From the NCBI GenBank assembly GCA_976226885.1, contig OZ320315.1:40858001-40922000 (forward strand): a stretch of DNA of 64,000 bases, read 5' to 3'. The first letter of the stretch is position 1. Each line of letters begins with the position of its first letter. The position numbers and the translations under genes are program-made. Positions 41,021 to 55,379 of the stretch are shown here, in pieces. The notes beneath the pieces are model-generated. The model had not been told where the DNA came from and ran no database searches. It was given only the letters and a program-made list of their open reading frames with translations. This DNA comes from Iphione sp. A-MEVVRFRX5 (taxonomy: Eukaryota).

Positions 41021-41520
41021 TTTCTATATACAGTTCAAGTTTAATTGCCTTCCGGCAGTTGTTGTATCGATGCGGAACTCTTAGCTTTGCCGTTCCTTTT
41101 TTTTTTGGTACTTCTTCGTATCTCCAAATCCCGCATTTCCTGTAGGGTACTCGCTAGTCCCCTGCACCTGGCTCTGTTCATTTGCCCTTCCCTACCTGGC
41201 GTTCTCGTGGTTCTGCAACGATTTTAAATCATCACCGGTATCCTCTCTGCTGCACACACAAGCACGCGCCCACCCACACGACAGTCATGACTGGTTTCTG
41301 TAACTCCTCCTGCCCCATACCCCGTCTAATCCTGGGCCCTATCTCCACCTTGTCGTCACAGCTCTCGTTGTAGAACTGCCCGCCTAGCCGGCAGCCAAGC
41401 GACTAATGCATCGCCTACTGCCCCTCCGCCGTCGGTCTCTGTACGTCGCCTGCCGCCTGTCGGAGGCAATTGCGTCAAATGTCCTGATATGTAATTCATC
41501 TTCACTGTAGCCGTCGGCGC
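41021..41520 (-). mobile_element. Possible decayed 3' end of a Penelope-like element
   Basis: Lies directly 5' of the hammerhead on the same strand; FYNESCDDKVEIGPGLDGVW is only weakly like GIY-YIG C-termini. Confidence 0.25.
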
Positions 41521-42099
41521 CTGTTGCCGCTCGGCGAAAGGCGGCTGAAGTGGCGCACGACACATGGTATTAGGTGATACGTTGTAGTTCTCACTCTTCC
41601 TCATTATCTCGTGGCTAACATTGGCCCGCTTCCCATATGTAAAGGAGAAGAGTAATTTCTATACAGTCTCTATACATAAGCACTGCCAGTCGCGTTTTTC
41701 TTCTCAAGAAGCAACTCCTATATTCCCCTCCCTCCACTCTTTTAACAGTTGTGGCAGACAAACCATCTTTCTTTACCTGTATGTCGGGTGATCCACTACA
41801 TCCAGTGTGTGTATTTTAGTGACATCTTTTCCTTGTTCCAACCGGATTATACATGTACAGTGAAATTCTTTCATTATTTCTGGAAAGAAATTGGGGTCGG
41901 AGGCTGTAGATCCTGATTTGGATATATATGTTGTAACACAAATCAATATTTTTTCCAATTTCAAGTTTTCCAAAATGTTCTGTAATGGCATATCGTCTTT
42001 GTAAAGCTTTAGATTCTAGGATTTGATAAAATGGCACATTATTGCAAGTACATGTATATCTAATTTCCCTGGGATACATATATATGATAAACTTTCCTT

Positions 42100-42500
42100 C
42101 AGGATTAAGCAGTTCCTAGCTCATTTCCTTAATGTATTTCTGAGATGGAAATCGTTGCTTTCTCTAACATATCTTAAATTAGAATCATAATATTTCTCCC
42201 TAATGAATTAGTACTGATTGATGCAATAATAGGAATTTAAAACCGTTTGGTTCTCGTTTTTGAAGTGCATTATTTCTATTTTGCTTCAGTTGGGGTTACT
42301 AAATATCAAGTAATGTCATCAGCGTAAAAGAGATGCAAGGAAAGTTTATTTTTCGAAAGCCAAATGGTCATGGATCAGTGTATCACAATATGGGACGCAC
42401 TAGACTCCATATACAGAAATATGGAGTGCAGAGAAGACTACAAAGGACTAATATTATTCATTACTCCTAAAATGTTTGAATAGTGACTGGCATGACCAAA
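42100..42500 (-). mobile_element. Decayed non-LTR RT fragment
   Basis: LHLFYADDIT (YADD at 42315-42326), preceded by a decayed GV(PQG)-like segment near 42400. Confidence 0.4.
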
Positions 42501-45500
42501 ATTAATAAGATTTACTATAAACCAAACAGAATATTGTTCGTGCAATATTTATTTGTCTAATTCATCCTTTGTTGCAAACCTAATTCGATTTTACTGAAGC
42601 AATCATATCCGAACCATGAAAACCAGTCGTTATTATTTCTTTAGATTTGTAAAATTTCCTCTATAACCTATCCCTAACTTTATGCCCACAACTAATATTT
42701 TCTCCAACCATACTCCATATCCTCACAGTAACATTTACGCTATTCGTAACTCTATCAGGAAAGATATTCCAAAGCTATCCCTGTCCTATCAGTGACCATA
42801 AAATGTTTGAGCCGGAGAGGGCATATTTATCTTAGCAAGGTTAAAGACCAGCCTATTACAATATTTTTGTGCATCAGTGTTTGAACTTGTATATGATATT
42901 GACCTTTTGTTGTGCACAATTCATTATCACGTGATTGGACCTTTTAGTTTTCTTCCTTATTAAATAGCACCCATTTAAAATTGTTTGTCATTTAAAAAAA
43001 AAATAGGATTCTTTTCATATCTAATGTTTGAAGCTTAAGCAGCATTTCAGTGTCTATATTTTCATTTTGTGTCAATGAAAGTGGATACATAATTGATTCA
43101 AAGGGAAAACCTTTTCAATAACTGAGACAGTCCATTCATAAAGATAATTCTTTTGGACTTTTAAAATATAAAAACTACAGCTGTCATTATTCAAAGTAGA
43201 GGAATACTTCCTTTTGCTCTGAATTTCCAAAAAGAACTGAACTAATTTATACGAAGTACGTTTTCCAAATCCTGAAATATGAGTATTTGATGCAAATTTG
43301 CATGATAGATGTATTGAATGCATAATTTCTAATTAATTTATATATCGATGCAAACTAAATGAAATTCTTGTATTATATTTTTGATAATTGCCTTCGGCAC
43401 TTGCATTGGTTGTCACAGTGAGGAAAGATTCGGTTTTGTTGAACACAGATAAGGTGTCTGCTATATTCTCACATAGCTTTTAAAACGCGGGGTCACATAT
43501 GTAGTATGCTTTCAATTATAGTCCAATTTGACATAAAAATATGCATCAATCAATGAATAGAAATAAACAGCTGAAAACAGGAAATCAGACTTGTTTTTAT
43601 GAGAGTACAGACCTGGATAATGATATCACAGGATGCAGCTTGGAAACATATTTTAGGTTCACGTATCTGCTTATAAATTTCCGAAGCAAGAACTTGTACA
43701 GGGGCATAGAATGGTACCAGTAAATTTACTTTAAAGGAGCCACTAATTAAAAATGGGACCGATGTGTGCCAACATTTAGTATTTATCTTTCAACTAGGAT
43801 CAGTCCCTTACAAGAAGCGGTCGCCGAAAATGCAAAACGAAGTATACTACATAGTATGCTTTGACTAGGTTAGTCAAATAGTCAATTTCAGAGAAACCAG
43901 CAACGTCTCGCGGCAAGTTTCATTAGATATTTGATCACCTCGTTCGTCTTTTAATTTTTCACTTTTTATCATCAGGTGATATCTGTGGTGATTAAAAGAT
44001 TAAACGTGATGCTGCATAGAAAAAAATGGGACTATTTCCCGACTCCTTCGGCGGATTTTGGTACCTGGCGCTTCGCCTGACATCACACTTAGCACATGAA
44101 CCTGAACCATCCGAGATTTAGGGTACAAAGTTTGTCTGTTATTGTAAAATGAAAATAGCTAACATGCCATATTTAAATGGGTAATGTAACTTATAACTAG
44201 AAGAAAAACTGCATTCACTGAAGTAAGTTTATGGCAGAAGTTAGTATAGCTTTGGGTTCGATACTTTAACGGAATGCAAGACCTGAAGAAATGATTAAAA
44301 CAGAAAACAAAAATTGACTATGCTGTGAAAATATTATTCCTTGTGTCCTTACCCTGGCTTGCAGTGACACAGGACATGAAGTTAAAAAGCTCCCAGTGGG
44401 AGTTTGAATGGCTGAACACTGGCGTGGCGTCGAATAAATTTTAAGTTATTTTTTCTATTAAGATTCACCATAAAAAGAAACACTGTGTCGATGATGTCTT
44501 CATTTCTCACAGCAAAAATCAATGTTATTTGCTGTCAGGAAATAATAAATTGCACAGCCAATCCCCTTTAGACGACATGTCTCGTCACAGAGAAAACGTA
44601 TTTTGTGCATTCAGTGCTCAACTTGCTTTATATTACTGTATTTGAATAGTTGCAGCCTGTTCAGACTTCCAAAGAATATTCTGTTGTTTTTAATTACCGG
44701 CCAGCAACTCCGTGCAATTACTAGATAATACTGTGCTAACAAATGTAGTGGAATCTGCATGTACATGTATAAACATTGACCTCATTCGCACAGTTGAACA
44801 TGTCCAAAAACAATTCCCACTTTACGAAAGATAAGTTTTGTACAGACTTGTACCTTAAATATATCATTAATTGTCAGCTCGCTTTGTATTGAAATATGTG
44901 TAAATCTAGGAAAATGTTCAAAATTGTACACAAATAGGCCTGGATGTCTTTGAAAACCTCTCTGGTGGTGATTATCGCCAACATTGATATTCATTAGTGT
45001 TTTGCAAGTTTGAGGACGATTCACCTTAATTTATTCCCTCTCATCCATTCCTTAGAGGGAGTCACTGCATCAATCATAATATTTGATCTTGGTATTTGGT
45101 TTGATAGCACATCACCTAGTCTGATAATCTGTAGTAATCATTGTGTGCCTTACCTTCAGAAGCCTAAAAAGTGCTGAATTTGATAAGTAAGAGTCCAAAA
45201 AGTGTTGAATTTGACAAGTAAGCATCCTAAAAGTGTTTCCTAAAAACCTCTGCACACCATTCTTTGATGGTCATTCCTGTCCCTCTCCATCCCTTACACC
45301 TCTACACGCCCTTCTGTGTTGGTTGCCCTCACACCTCTGCCCATAAAGTGACAATATAATACAATAGAAGTAACCCTAATTTACATGCTGGTTTGGCCAC
45401 AAATTGGTCTGCCTATAAATTGGTGTAATGATATAATGCTTAATTGAGGCAAATCTTTTTCATTCTGAACCTTCTTCAAGTGGGACTGACATCACAGTGG

Positions 45501-47119
45501 CAGATAAGACTGGTACCCTCACCCATATACAGGGCAGGGTACCTGGTGTGGAGGTGAAAGGAAGTAAACTTCTCTCTTTGAGCCGTGGTAATGTTAAGTC
45601 TCATAATTATTATTTGGCATTGATTTTAAAGCTAACACTGGTATTATAATGGAGACTCATGTAGAACTACCTATAGATTAAGTACATGAATCAATTTATC
45701 ATGGGTTTGTTTTCACAAGACCTTAGAGTTCACATAAAATGCGCAGAAACTCCGTGATCATCACCCACTTTTCACCTCTGTAGCATTTTTCCCAAATCAA
45801 AACTTTTAGAAACAGATAACATTCTAGACATGTATTTGATCATTTAGATTAAGAATAAACCTATAAATTTTCCACAATGGATCCATATGGTGCCATTGAA
45901 ATTTGTATTGTGTTAAGGCTGACAACTCTTTGTTTACACCTTGGTTGCCACAAGTGCCCAAATTCATTTGGTATGGTTCAAAATAGGCATTCGACTGTAT
46001 GAAATGTAACAGGATTTATGAAGAAAGAGAAGTCTCTAAAAGTTAGATGCTACAAAGACAGTGATGTAGAGTGTGATGAACAGCTAGATTAAAAAAGTTG
46101 AAAGACAAAAGCTACATTAAGGAAAAGAGAAAGCTGAAGGTACATATAACTTTATTCAGGAAGTGACGGGATGTATAGAGCTACATTAAGGAAGGTAGAG
46201 GCCTCTAACAGTAAGGCATAATGACAGGTAATATAAAGTGTGATGTGATGTATATAACAAGGAAGGAGAGGACGCAAGCAGGGCTGTCATTTATGATTCA
46301 CCGAGACGGAGCATGCCCACTAGCAGGGCCCACTGCGTGAGAGCAAATTATCTGTGTATCTGAGAGGGTTCTGGGCCGGTAGGTGTCTGGCTGTGTTTCT
46401 TTTTATTACGCAGCTGTAGGAACATTTTATCAAATCAAATCATTACATGTTTTGCTTATCTGTGCTTCTTAAGGCATTGAACGAAAGTTCGAAAGAAACT
46501 TTGCGGTTGAAGTGTTAGCAGATGGTTGAGTGTCTGAGATTAAAGTGTGTGAAATTAAAGTGGATAGATTGGATTTATTGATAGTTGGTTAGGTACAGGA
46601 AATCAAGCCAAAATTTTCATTGAGTTGTAGTTAAGTGTTAAATGTCCTTTGCTAAATGCACAAGTATGATAATACTGGGACATTTGTCTTTCAATACTGG
46701 CACATTTGTTTTACAATATTGAGAGCATATTAAGAGAGCACATGACAATTTTTTTCATTATTTCTGGCAGCTTCCTGAATTCTTTCATTTTCCAGTAGTT
46801 ATTAGACTAACAGTTTAGAACATATTGCCCGTATCATAGCGTCATGAACATGCTGAATCAGTTTTCTGAATCAGTTGAGAATATAAATAAGAAAAACAAT
46901 TTCAACGATCACTGACGGGTGTTTGTTTGAAGGCGTTTTGCCAAATGATTGTCAAGTAGCTGGAATTGATTTTAATTATCATGTGTAGCTGTCTAGCTGA
47001 AACAGGGAGGCCACAGGTGCATGTGGCAACCTGAGAATCCATTAAGCTGAACTTAATGCAAGGAGGCTGTAGATGTAGATATAAAAATAATCTTTGTCGA
47101 GCGCTGGATTAAAATTTGC

Positions 47120-48050
47120 CTAATCCCATGTGAAGAAGATACAGGGCTGAGTGGTAGAAACGAGAAAGGCTTAGAACATGTCCAGAGGGAAACGGGTTCA
47201 GCCTTGCGCTCCGTTTCCACAGATGGTGCTGAGAGTTTACAGTGCGGAGTTTTATGTGTTTTGACATCTCTGGTGTGAAGTTGGGAGATAAGAGGTGGCT
47301 AAGCATGGAGCTAGCGGGCGTGGAGTTAATAAATGGTATGATGGCTGTGGAATTGGTAGGTGTGGTGTTGAGTGATGGTGATTTTTTAGATAATGGGTCT
47401 TCAGACGTTGAGTTAGAGGTGCAGTACTAGCATTTTGCAGTTTTACCAAACATTTGGAAGACCTCGTGTTGCCTGATGGTGGGTAGACAAATGTTAAGTT
47501 ACTAGTGGTGTATTCACGTAGAAATTGTATTGGCAGACAAGGAGATGGCTAATGTTAGGCCGTGTGCATGAATGACCAGACAAGTGCAGCAACGATTCTG
47601 CCCCAATCTCCATCAAGGACCTACCCACATCTGTTGTTTGGTCGACGGCATGATTACACTGCAGTTCCAAAGTAAGGGCCCCATGATTTCATTGCGAGAT
47701 ACGGGCCTCAGGTCATGAATATTCAAGTGGCAACTCCGTTTCCCCGCAAGCTCATACATGGAAAGGCAAATCATATTCGCATTCTGGCACTCACCATGCC
47801 AATAACATTCTCACGTCATAACACAGTGCTCTCATGCACAAGTGCATCTTGGCAATAAGGAGCATGGTAGTTATACTTTTCACAGAAATCCAACATTCAG
47901 AGGAGATCATAAATACACACTAGCTTTCGATTACAAGTCCAATGGTATTTCATCCAGTTTGAGAACTACATATATATTATTCTTAGAAACGGTGGAGCCA
48001 AAATACGCAGGAACCTTGTAGCATATAGTTGACACGGCTCTTGTGGACAT
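47120..48050 (+). mobile_element. Decayed PIF/Harbinger-type DDE transposase
   Basis: Colinear fragments in shifting frames: LALRF (47203-47217), CCLVDG (47632-47649, cf. GAIDGT), MNIQV (47715-47729, cf. SINVQ), GTHHANNIL (47786-47812, cf. PGSxHDxxIL). Confidence 0.45.
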
Positions 48051-48939
48051 CTCTACAAAGTGGACGCAACTGAAATGTGGACGATTTGAAAAAGAACTTA
48101 TTCATTTCCCATACGTAACCAATATAGTATGATCTGTAATCAGGCCACAAATTTTTGCAGTCCCCCTGCAGATGAGTTTAGACTGTGAATCAGCAGATCT
48201 AGATCATGAATTGACAGATTTAGCCCGTGAATTGACAGGTTTATACTGCCTAAAGTGTTAGCATGACAAGACTCAGTGGGTTTAGACCATGAATTGGTGG
48301 GTTTGGACTGGCAAAGGTGTTAGCACAACCCCTAAGATGTCCAAGCTCAAAGGGGTGTTTGAAAGGATATCATTGTCTAAGGTGTGGACAGAGGTTTTAG
48401 CATGACCACTCCTCCCTAAGCAGAGCCCTTGAAGAGGTATTCATTGTCTAAGCTGTGGGCAGCCACATGTTTGTATGGTATCCAGAGGATATGCTAATCA
48501 AATTTAGCACGTTTTGGACTTTCTTTACTTTAACTCATCAAATACAGCACTTTGTGGACTTGAACTCACCACTATTAGGGCATTCACTTGGTAGAGAGAA
48601 AGGGAGAAGAAAACCCATTTCGAGGTTTGGCCCCCCCTTTCAGATTATACTAGCAAATCTGTATACTAGATGCGCCTAAAATGCGGACATTTTGGGGAAG
48701 AACAAAGGATGTTTAGATTTGGGAGGGTCGACTGTATTAGGAAAATAAGGTGCATACAAGCACATTGGTTACTGTAAAAATGAAATACATATACCCGTAG
48801 ACGTGTATTAGGCTAATACATGTAGGAGGCACAACATACAGCATATTGCATATTATGAAAACCTGTTGCTTGTAAAGAATGACAGCTTTCTAAGTTTGAT
48901 ATTTTTTCTGAGGTTCTGGATGGATGAAATGGGAGAGGC

Positions 48940-49250
48940 GGTGTTTGATGTCATGCGCTAGGGCACTTTGACAGTGTTCACACAAGGGAGGCTGTTAAAG
49001 TGTTCAGTTCAACTTGAGAGCCTTTTTCGTGTTAACAGACGTGAGGATAATGTTGCCGTGGATATGGAAAACAAAATTAACTGCCGCACTCTGCAAGTAT
49101 TTTGTTAGTGATATTGCCGAGAGATGGCGTGTACTCTGCACGAAATAGATGAATTGATGTTTGCCCTAGATGATGTATACAAAGCCTCCTTTCAAAAGGC
49201 CTAGCCACATTTACTATGCATGAACCAACAAAGTTGTGAAATTATTAAAT
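48940..49250 (+). mobile_element. Decayed LINE RT fragment
   Basis: FDSV-H..RLLK near 48965-49000 resembles AFDSVPHxRLLxKL. Confidence 0.3.
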
Positions 49251-52200
49251 CAACAGTCGGTGAAAAACAGTGAATGTATCTAAGCTGTTATGACTTGTAG
49301 TAACGACATGCGATGACCTGTTTCAACTGGAAAATGAACTTACCGTTCAAAGGGAGAACATTACAACCATCATTTTATTTGCACGACGCTATTAGGATTG
49401 ATATGAGTGCGTTTTCGTTCTAAACGTTCCTCCTTTCGTGAACGGCCTCTCTACATATATCAGGTCGGTTAACAGAGAAGCCCCACTCGCGTTTGTAGTT
49501 TAAAGGAAAAAGAAACAGCTTGCTTTCCGAGGAATAGCACAATCTTCTAGGTATAGATAGTCTAACCAAGAGAGGACACATTTCAAGTGGAGACTGACAA
49601 ACTTAGAACCTAATTTGAGTGGGGACACCTTTCAAGGTTTAAATGTTTTCGTCAGTTTGTAAACAGAGACCTCGCATTTTAGGAGGAAATCGGAACGCTG
49701 TAGAGAACTGAAACGCTATAAGTTCATGGCATTGGAGAGCATTTCCATTAGGTTGGACATACAAGAGCTAATTCCGTTCTTGAATAAAATGGATCAGTCC
49801 TTTTGTATTCGTAATCTGTGTGGAGAAGAGTAGTCTGTACCTTTACTAAGGCCTAGAAAAACGTTCTGTGTTTCTGGTAACAAGCTGAAAATATATAGGG
49901 TCGCTATGTCGATGGTATATTTTTTTCATTTGTCTTTTTGTCAATGTTACTTCCTACCCCAAGCAACAAATATATCTGTAGTTCTACTGTTTAGATTTTT
50001 ATGAAACTTTTACCAAATTAGGGCTAATGGTGTAAGGAACACTATGGTATATCATATTAATCAGTACCTTTATTCATTGCTGAGATGTTCACAATACAAG
50101 AATAAAATAAAGCCAAAATGAGGGTCAGTCGTGATACCGGAAACACATATTTTTTGTCTAGGCCTAACCACCTTGATACTAGTACAGTGACCTGGGAAAC
50201 TAAGGTATTCTAAGAATGTCTATACAGGTAAAGGTACAGTCTAAATAAAAAGGACACTTTGTCAGGAGACACCCAGAATATTGGGGATTTCAGTGAACAT
50301 GTGTAAAACACCTACACGTATGTATTTCAAACGATGGTTGCGTATTTCTTTACGGTTTAAAATCTTTCGTTTCGAGCACACGAAGATTGAAAAACGGTAA
50401 ACAGCTCGGAGGTTTCTCGAGGTTTTGAACATCAGGAATAGAACAAGTATAAATCTACGATGTTGTAAATACTATTCATGACTGTATACTTATGTTACAA
50501 TTATATCGTAGATGCATTTTAATTCTTAAAAGGAGAATAGGCCGTTAATGGGCCTTTATATGTAGATAAACGATGTTTCTGTCTCCTAAGAACTTCATTG
50601 CACTTGAGAGCTTTCATCACAACCTACTAAAGATGTAGTACGGAGAACTTCTAAATTTTCCTACATATTTATGTATGTATGCACATGTATATAATTATGT
50701 TTATGATCGATCAACTCCTCTATTTACTGCTTCGTTGTAACTAGCCCATGTATATGGATGGGCGCATAGATATTAGATGTACTCTCTACAAAATGGGCCA
50801 TAACTGTACGTTCTCTATAGATCTGCACTAGTTTCTGCGGCAGGAATACCCATAGAAATGATCTATGCAGCCACTAGCCCTGCTGTGTATAGTCGTGCCA
50901 GATCTCACGGTTAGATAGGGATTCCTCTAGAGAAGGAACATGGATTGGGACTCTGGTGAGCCTGTCTTCAAGGTAAGAAGTATCCATCGTTCAGGTCTGG
51001 GTGTCGGAAAGGCCACCAAATGAGAGCGACTGATGCCATTCAGTCATCAGCCAGCCGCATCTCGACTTACGGCCGGAAGGAGGAAGTGACGCCTGTCTTT
51101 CGGTGGAAAATGACAGCCGCTGCTACCCGAGACACGGTTGCCACTCTCTTGCTTCGCTGGTACCCGTCTCGGGCGGCGTAAATCACGACGTCCAGCGCCG
51201 ACCAGCGGATAAGGTGGGATCCACAGATGGCGGTTTATCAGGGTCCACCCGAGACTCGCCTAGGCTCCGCTGGAGGCGTATAAGTGACTGAATGATGGTT
51301 TACTTAGAACGGGTATCAACTCCTGTGATCTTGTCCTTACATTCCGCAAATAAGAAAGTTTTACGAGATACCAAAGGGCTTGCTGTTCTCATTCTTTCAT
51401 CTACCTTCACAGCAAGAAAAATCAATTTATGTATGTCTATGTCAGGCCCAAAGTCTGAGTATGCATTTTTCATGAATTGTGCTGGCCTGTCCTAAAAATA
51501 TTTATCATTCATTCATGGTTGGGTCAAGCATTCATGAATTGTCTAACCGATGACGAATTTCAAGAATTGGGATGAAAGTATTGGACTAACTTTCCAAAAT
51601 AATATATTTTCCTTATGACCCTTGTTGTTCTTCTTCCTGTAAGACCTAGTCCTATGACAGTAGTAATGCCAGTTTAGCCTTGTAAATCTATATTTCTTTT
51701 TTTATGAGTTCCCATTTCCACTAACCTACTGTATCAGGAGTTTTGCATTTTTTTATAGAAGTCTCCCCTACCTCTTCACAGAACATAAACTACCGACCTA
51801 CAACAACAAATGTCAACACCTAAACACCTTTGTCCAATAATATTTATATAATCATTAACTTTTTGTGCATAGGTTATCAGGTTACAAGAATATATGACTA
51901 CCATTCATAAGAGAGATAATAAAGCAAACAATTTCAAATTGATAAATAATGAAGTAAAGTAAACTGTTGAAATACCTTTGATCAAATTCTGGGCAGGTTT
52001 CCGGGAGAGGATTAAAACGTCAATCCTTCTTAGAAAATCTGAAACAGAATACAATATCAATTCTGTATAAGACTTTATTCTAATCATGAAAACAAAACAA
52101 AGAATATGGATCGATTAGAAGGCGACTGTACCCGTACCTTGTACTTTGAAGGATCAACGGCCTGTTACAGAGAGTAACCTAAGAGGAAATTCTTAGCAGT

Positions 52201-52399
52201 TAACAACAAACTGTTTCCCCAACATACATATTTCCCCTTGGAAGGTTTCTGTTCGAGTAGTACTTAAATTCTCTAAATGAATCAAGGTTCAATGAATGTG
52301 GGCAATGTAATTAATGCACTCCTTTTATTTGTCTATTATTCCATTATATTGGACCATCCATGTCCGTAATATTCCCTTCGACCAGACAGACACAAAGAC

Positions 52400-53250
52400 C
52401 CTCTCTAACCTGGAAGTACTCATTTCCTCATCAAGCTGCAGGCAGTGTAATGAGCATCCCACAGTGCCGGCTGATTTTGAATTGAATTACTCATGGGGTT
52501 TCTGGGCATCAAAAGAACCTGTCTTGATGAATTATACGCAATGGCCCTTTGGGACCATATGTATAGAAGTGTCTCCACAACCTGATTCAGTCAATAATTA
52601 GTGCACGTGTATATTGACGACAGCATCACATAATGATTACATCATCATACAGTGCAGAGCAAACAAGAGGGGCTGAGAGAGGTGTAAAACGATTGATGGG
52701 ATTTGTAGAGAAGGAACCAAGCGAAGGAAACCAGCAGCTGACTAGGGGATGGTGCTGCATTTTGAAAGCTACCAGCAGATGGGAAAGGGTGAAGGCAAAG
52801 TTGAAGAGCATTCATGGACAGCTGCCTTGGTGCATCATACTGGGAATAATGGAGATTTACAGGGGAGGTGACATCAAAAAATTGCCACCTTAAAGTGCCC
52901 CTGCTAATACACTCTACCACCAATACACCCTATCCCAAAGGCTTTCCCTTTACGGCAAGTCTACCGACCCGCAAGGCAAGGCCAGGTCATTATTTATCCA
53001 TGGGGTGAGTGGGGCAGAAGATTCCGGAGGTTCCACTTCATCCATCATACCCACAACTGCTCATCCTGATCTGTCCCTTCTCACTGATGCCCTGAAAACT
53101 AAAAGCTTTTTTTTCGGACAGGCAGGAACTTGCTAGTCTAGACCTTCGGTAAGCACATCAATAGGTGTCGGGACATCGATGACGTATTAATCTGAAGGAC
53201 GGTGTAGACTTCATGGAAGTAATGCCATGAGACTAGAGACGGTTCAAGTG
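52400..53250 (+). mobile_element. Old, decayed LTR-type (Gypsy-like) RT relic
   Basis: YTQWPFG (cf. Y..MPFG), VYIDD (YIDD at 52610-52621), KRLMGFV, and VDFM near 53205, in Pol order. Confidence 0.45.
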
Positions 53251-55019
53251 AAGTCCAAGATTACATGATTGTAGGTAAAGCGTTGATTAGTATTGTACAA
53301 TTGTGTAATGAGACCAAACAAAGTTATTCACTCTTAGTTTGCAGTGATGGCAATGATGGTAGCTAAACGGTGAAAGAGTGGAGAATGCTGCCATGAAAAG
53401 AGCGGTTAGTATTACTTAGAGACAGACGGACGAATGGGGACTAGGCGGGTTGAAGGGTGCAAGAAGAAAACGAAAAAGCTGAAGATCTTGAAGAAAACCC
53501 GTGCTATTGTACATGGATTGTATGCATTTATATAAACTTGTATATATTCATATTTATAGAGGGGAAAATCAATATAATTGTATATTTTATGTCCTAGGTT
53601 CAGTGAAAGAAACCAAATGATCAGTGGAACTCAGATTAAAACCGGACCTTTGTTTTGGATGAGTGATGATGCTTGTACGGGGTCATCTATCTCCAAGGGA
53701 ACGTGAAGTTACTGATCGGCAATTGGATACCAAATCCATTACAACTCAACGGCTCTTGCATCAGAGATAATGCCGAACCCCTTGTCACGTCATCCTCGGA
53801 GGTTTAACCCTTCTATTCGATAAAATCGTTAGAAGTAATCTAATTGATGTCCATCCATCCATTTCCTAGCCATGCGGGAAAACAACAGCGCGGATCGTTA
53901 CGATTTTCCGATTCAGTGCTGTCAGTGAAAAATAGCCAGTGTGTTCATCATAATTAGTGTGTTAATCATATAAAGTGACGTCTCCGTTTTGACCACACCA
54001 TAAGCCTGCTTAGAGACTATTGTAATCAAGTCGAACGCGTTACGTTTTTTAAGTACATGGTGTACACTGAGACCACTGCTTGCTATGATCAGAACAACAT
54101 TCGTTCCCGCTGCACGTAGGCTTTGTCTAGATATGCTAATATAATTATCTTCAGGAGGCAAATTTCCGGAGTGAAGCCAGAGCGGATCGATTTTCCACAC
54201 TGTTAATCAATGTGCAGAAAATAAGAGGAGAGAGGCAAACACTTGAGCTAGCGGCGTGGAGTGATGGAGCTGCGCTGGTGTTATTCCTGCTTGAGGGAGC
54301 TTCAACAAGTCCTCCAATGCTGGAGTGGCAGTCTCCGGATGGCTGCCAGCTCGGCTGGTACGACCTGCTGCCAAATCGGGGCACTCCTGAGTGCCTGGCA
54401 TTCCCTAACGGTCCATTAGAAACAGTGTGATACGTTTAACTACTGCGCTATTGGAACGGTCCGGGCCGGCCACTACTGGCAGTTGGGACCCCTGCAGAGT
54501 CAACGTGGGCGCTATCAGCACTTGTTATTTTTCATAAGGCGACATGACCCCTTGGCCTAATACGTGTACGACCATCTTACTTACGTTAGCAAAATATCAG
54601 ATTTTGTCGAAGTGCATTAAAACCAAAGGATACGTCGTCTATCGGGCATAGCTCCGTGCAAGTTTTTCAGTCAATATAAATATGCACCTTTGCCCCATAG
54701 ACCTAATTATGTATTTTTTCGCTTGAGCCATATTTGCTTTGCCTTTCTGCTCAGGACGGTATCCCCGTGGTTACCCTCTTACATGCTTGTAACAATACTT
54801 CTCACAGGTTCATTCTCTGACACGCTACTGTCTTAGGATCTTGCGTTTTACATGAACTTTTTTGCATAAAAGTCTAATCACTAAAACTGATGGTATGGCC
54901 TAGGACAAGACGTTATATGTTTGTTTGAAGAGCATTTGTTTTCATTATCTGCACACATTGCAGCTATGAGAGTGAAAAGTTTACTGATTTCACCACTTTC
55001 ACTGTATGCATTGCAGCTA

Positions 55020-55260
55020 TGAGAGTGACATACAGTGATATACTGCGGTACTCAGATATAAAGTAACGTATAGTGACACTGTAACAAACTATGACATACT
55101 ATGACACACAGTGACATACAGTAATATACAGTGACACACTGACACAGTAATACAGAGTGATACACAGTGACACACAGTAACATACTATAACACACTATGA
55201 CACTGAAACACTGTGCCATACTGTGTCACACTGATACCATGGCATAGAGTAACACTTATC
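55020..55260. repeat. Degenerate minisatellite of about 10 bp (acagtgacac/acagtgacat)
   Basis: Repeated gtgacatacag/gtgacacacag units ending about 120 bp before the Gypsy insertion. Confidence 0.7.
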
Positions 55261-55379
55261 ACTTCACCAGTCAGATAACTTACAAGAACAAAGAGCTTCT
55301 AGCCAGTCCCTTTTTAAGGAAAACTCTTGTTAGGACAGTGGTTATTTTTCTGTCTTACAGATATTAAGTCAAAACATAC

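Noticed and set aside
51292-51500. Minus-frame IHKLIFLAVKVDERMR, faintly like Gypsy gag
   Set aside because: One short motif with no supporting neighbours on that strand.
53663-53715. GTGATGA...CTGA, possible C/D snoRNA
   Set aside because: Only about 53 nt, 2-bp terminal stem, no C'/D' boxes and no recognisable rRNA complement.
55375-55379. Target-site duplication candidate (ATAC or CATAC)
   Set aside because: The other end of the element is outside the window, so it cannot be confirmed.
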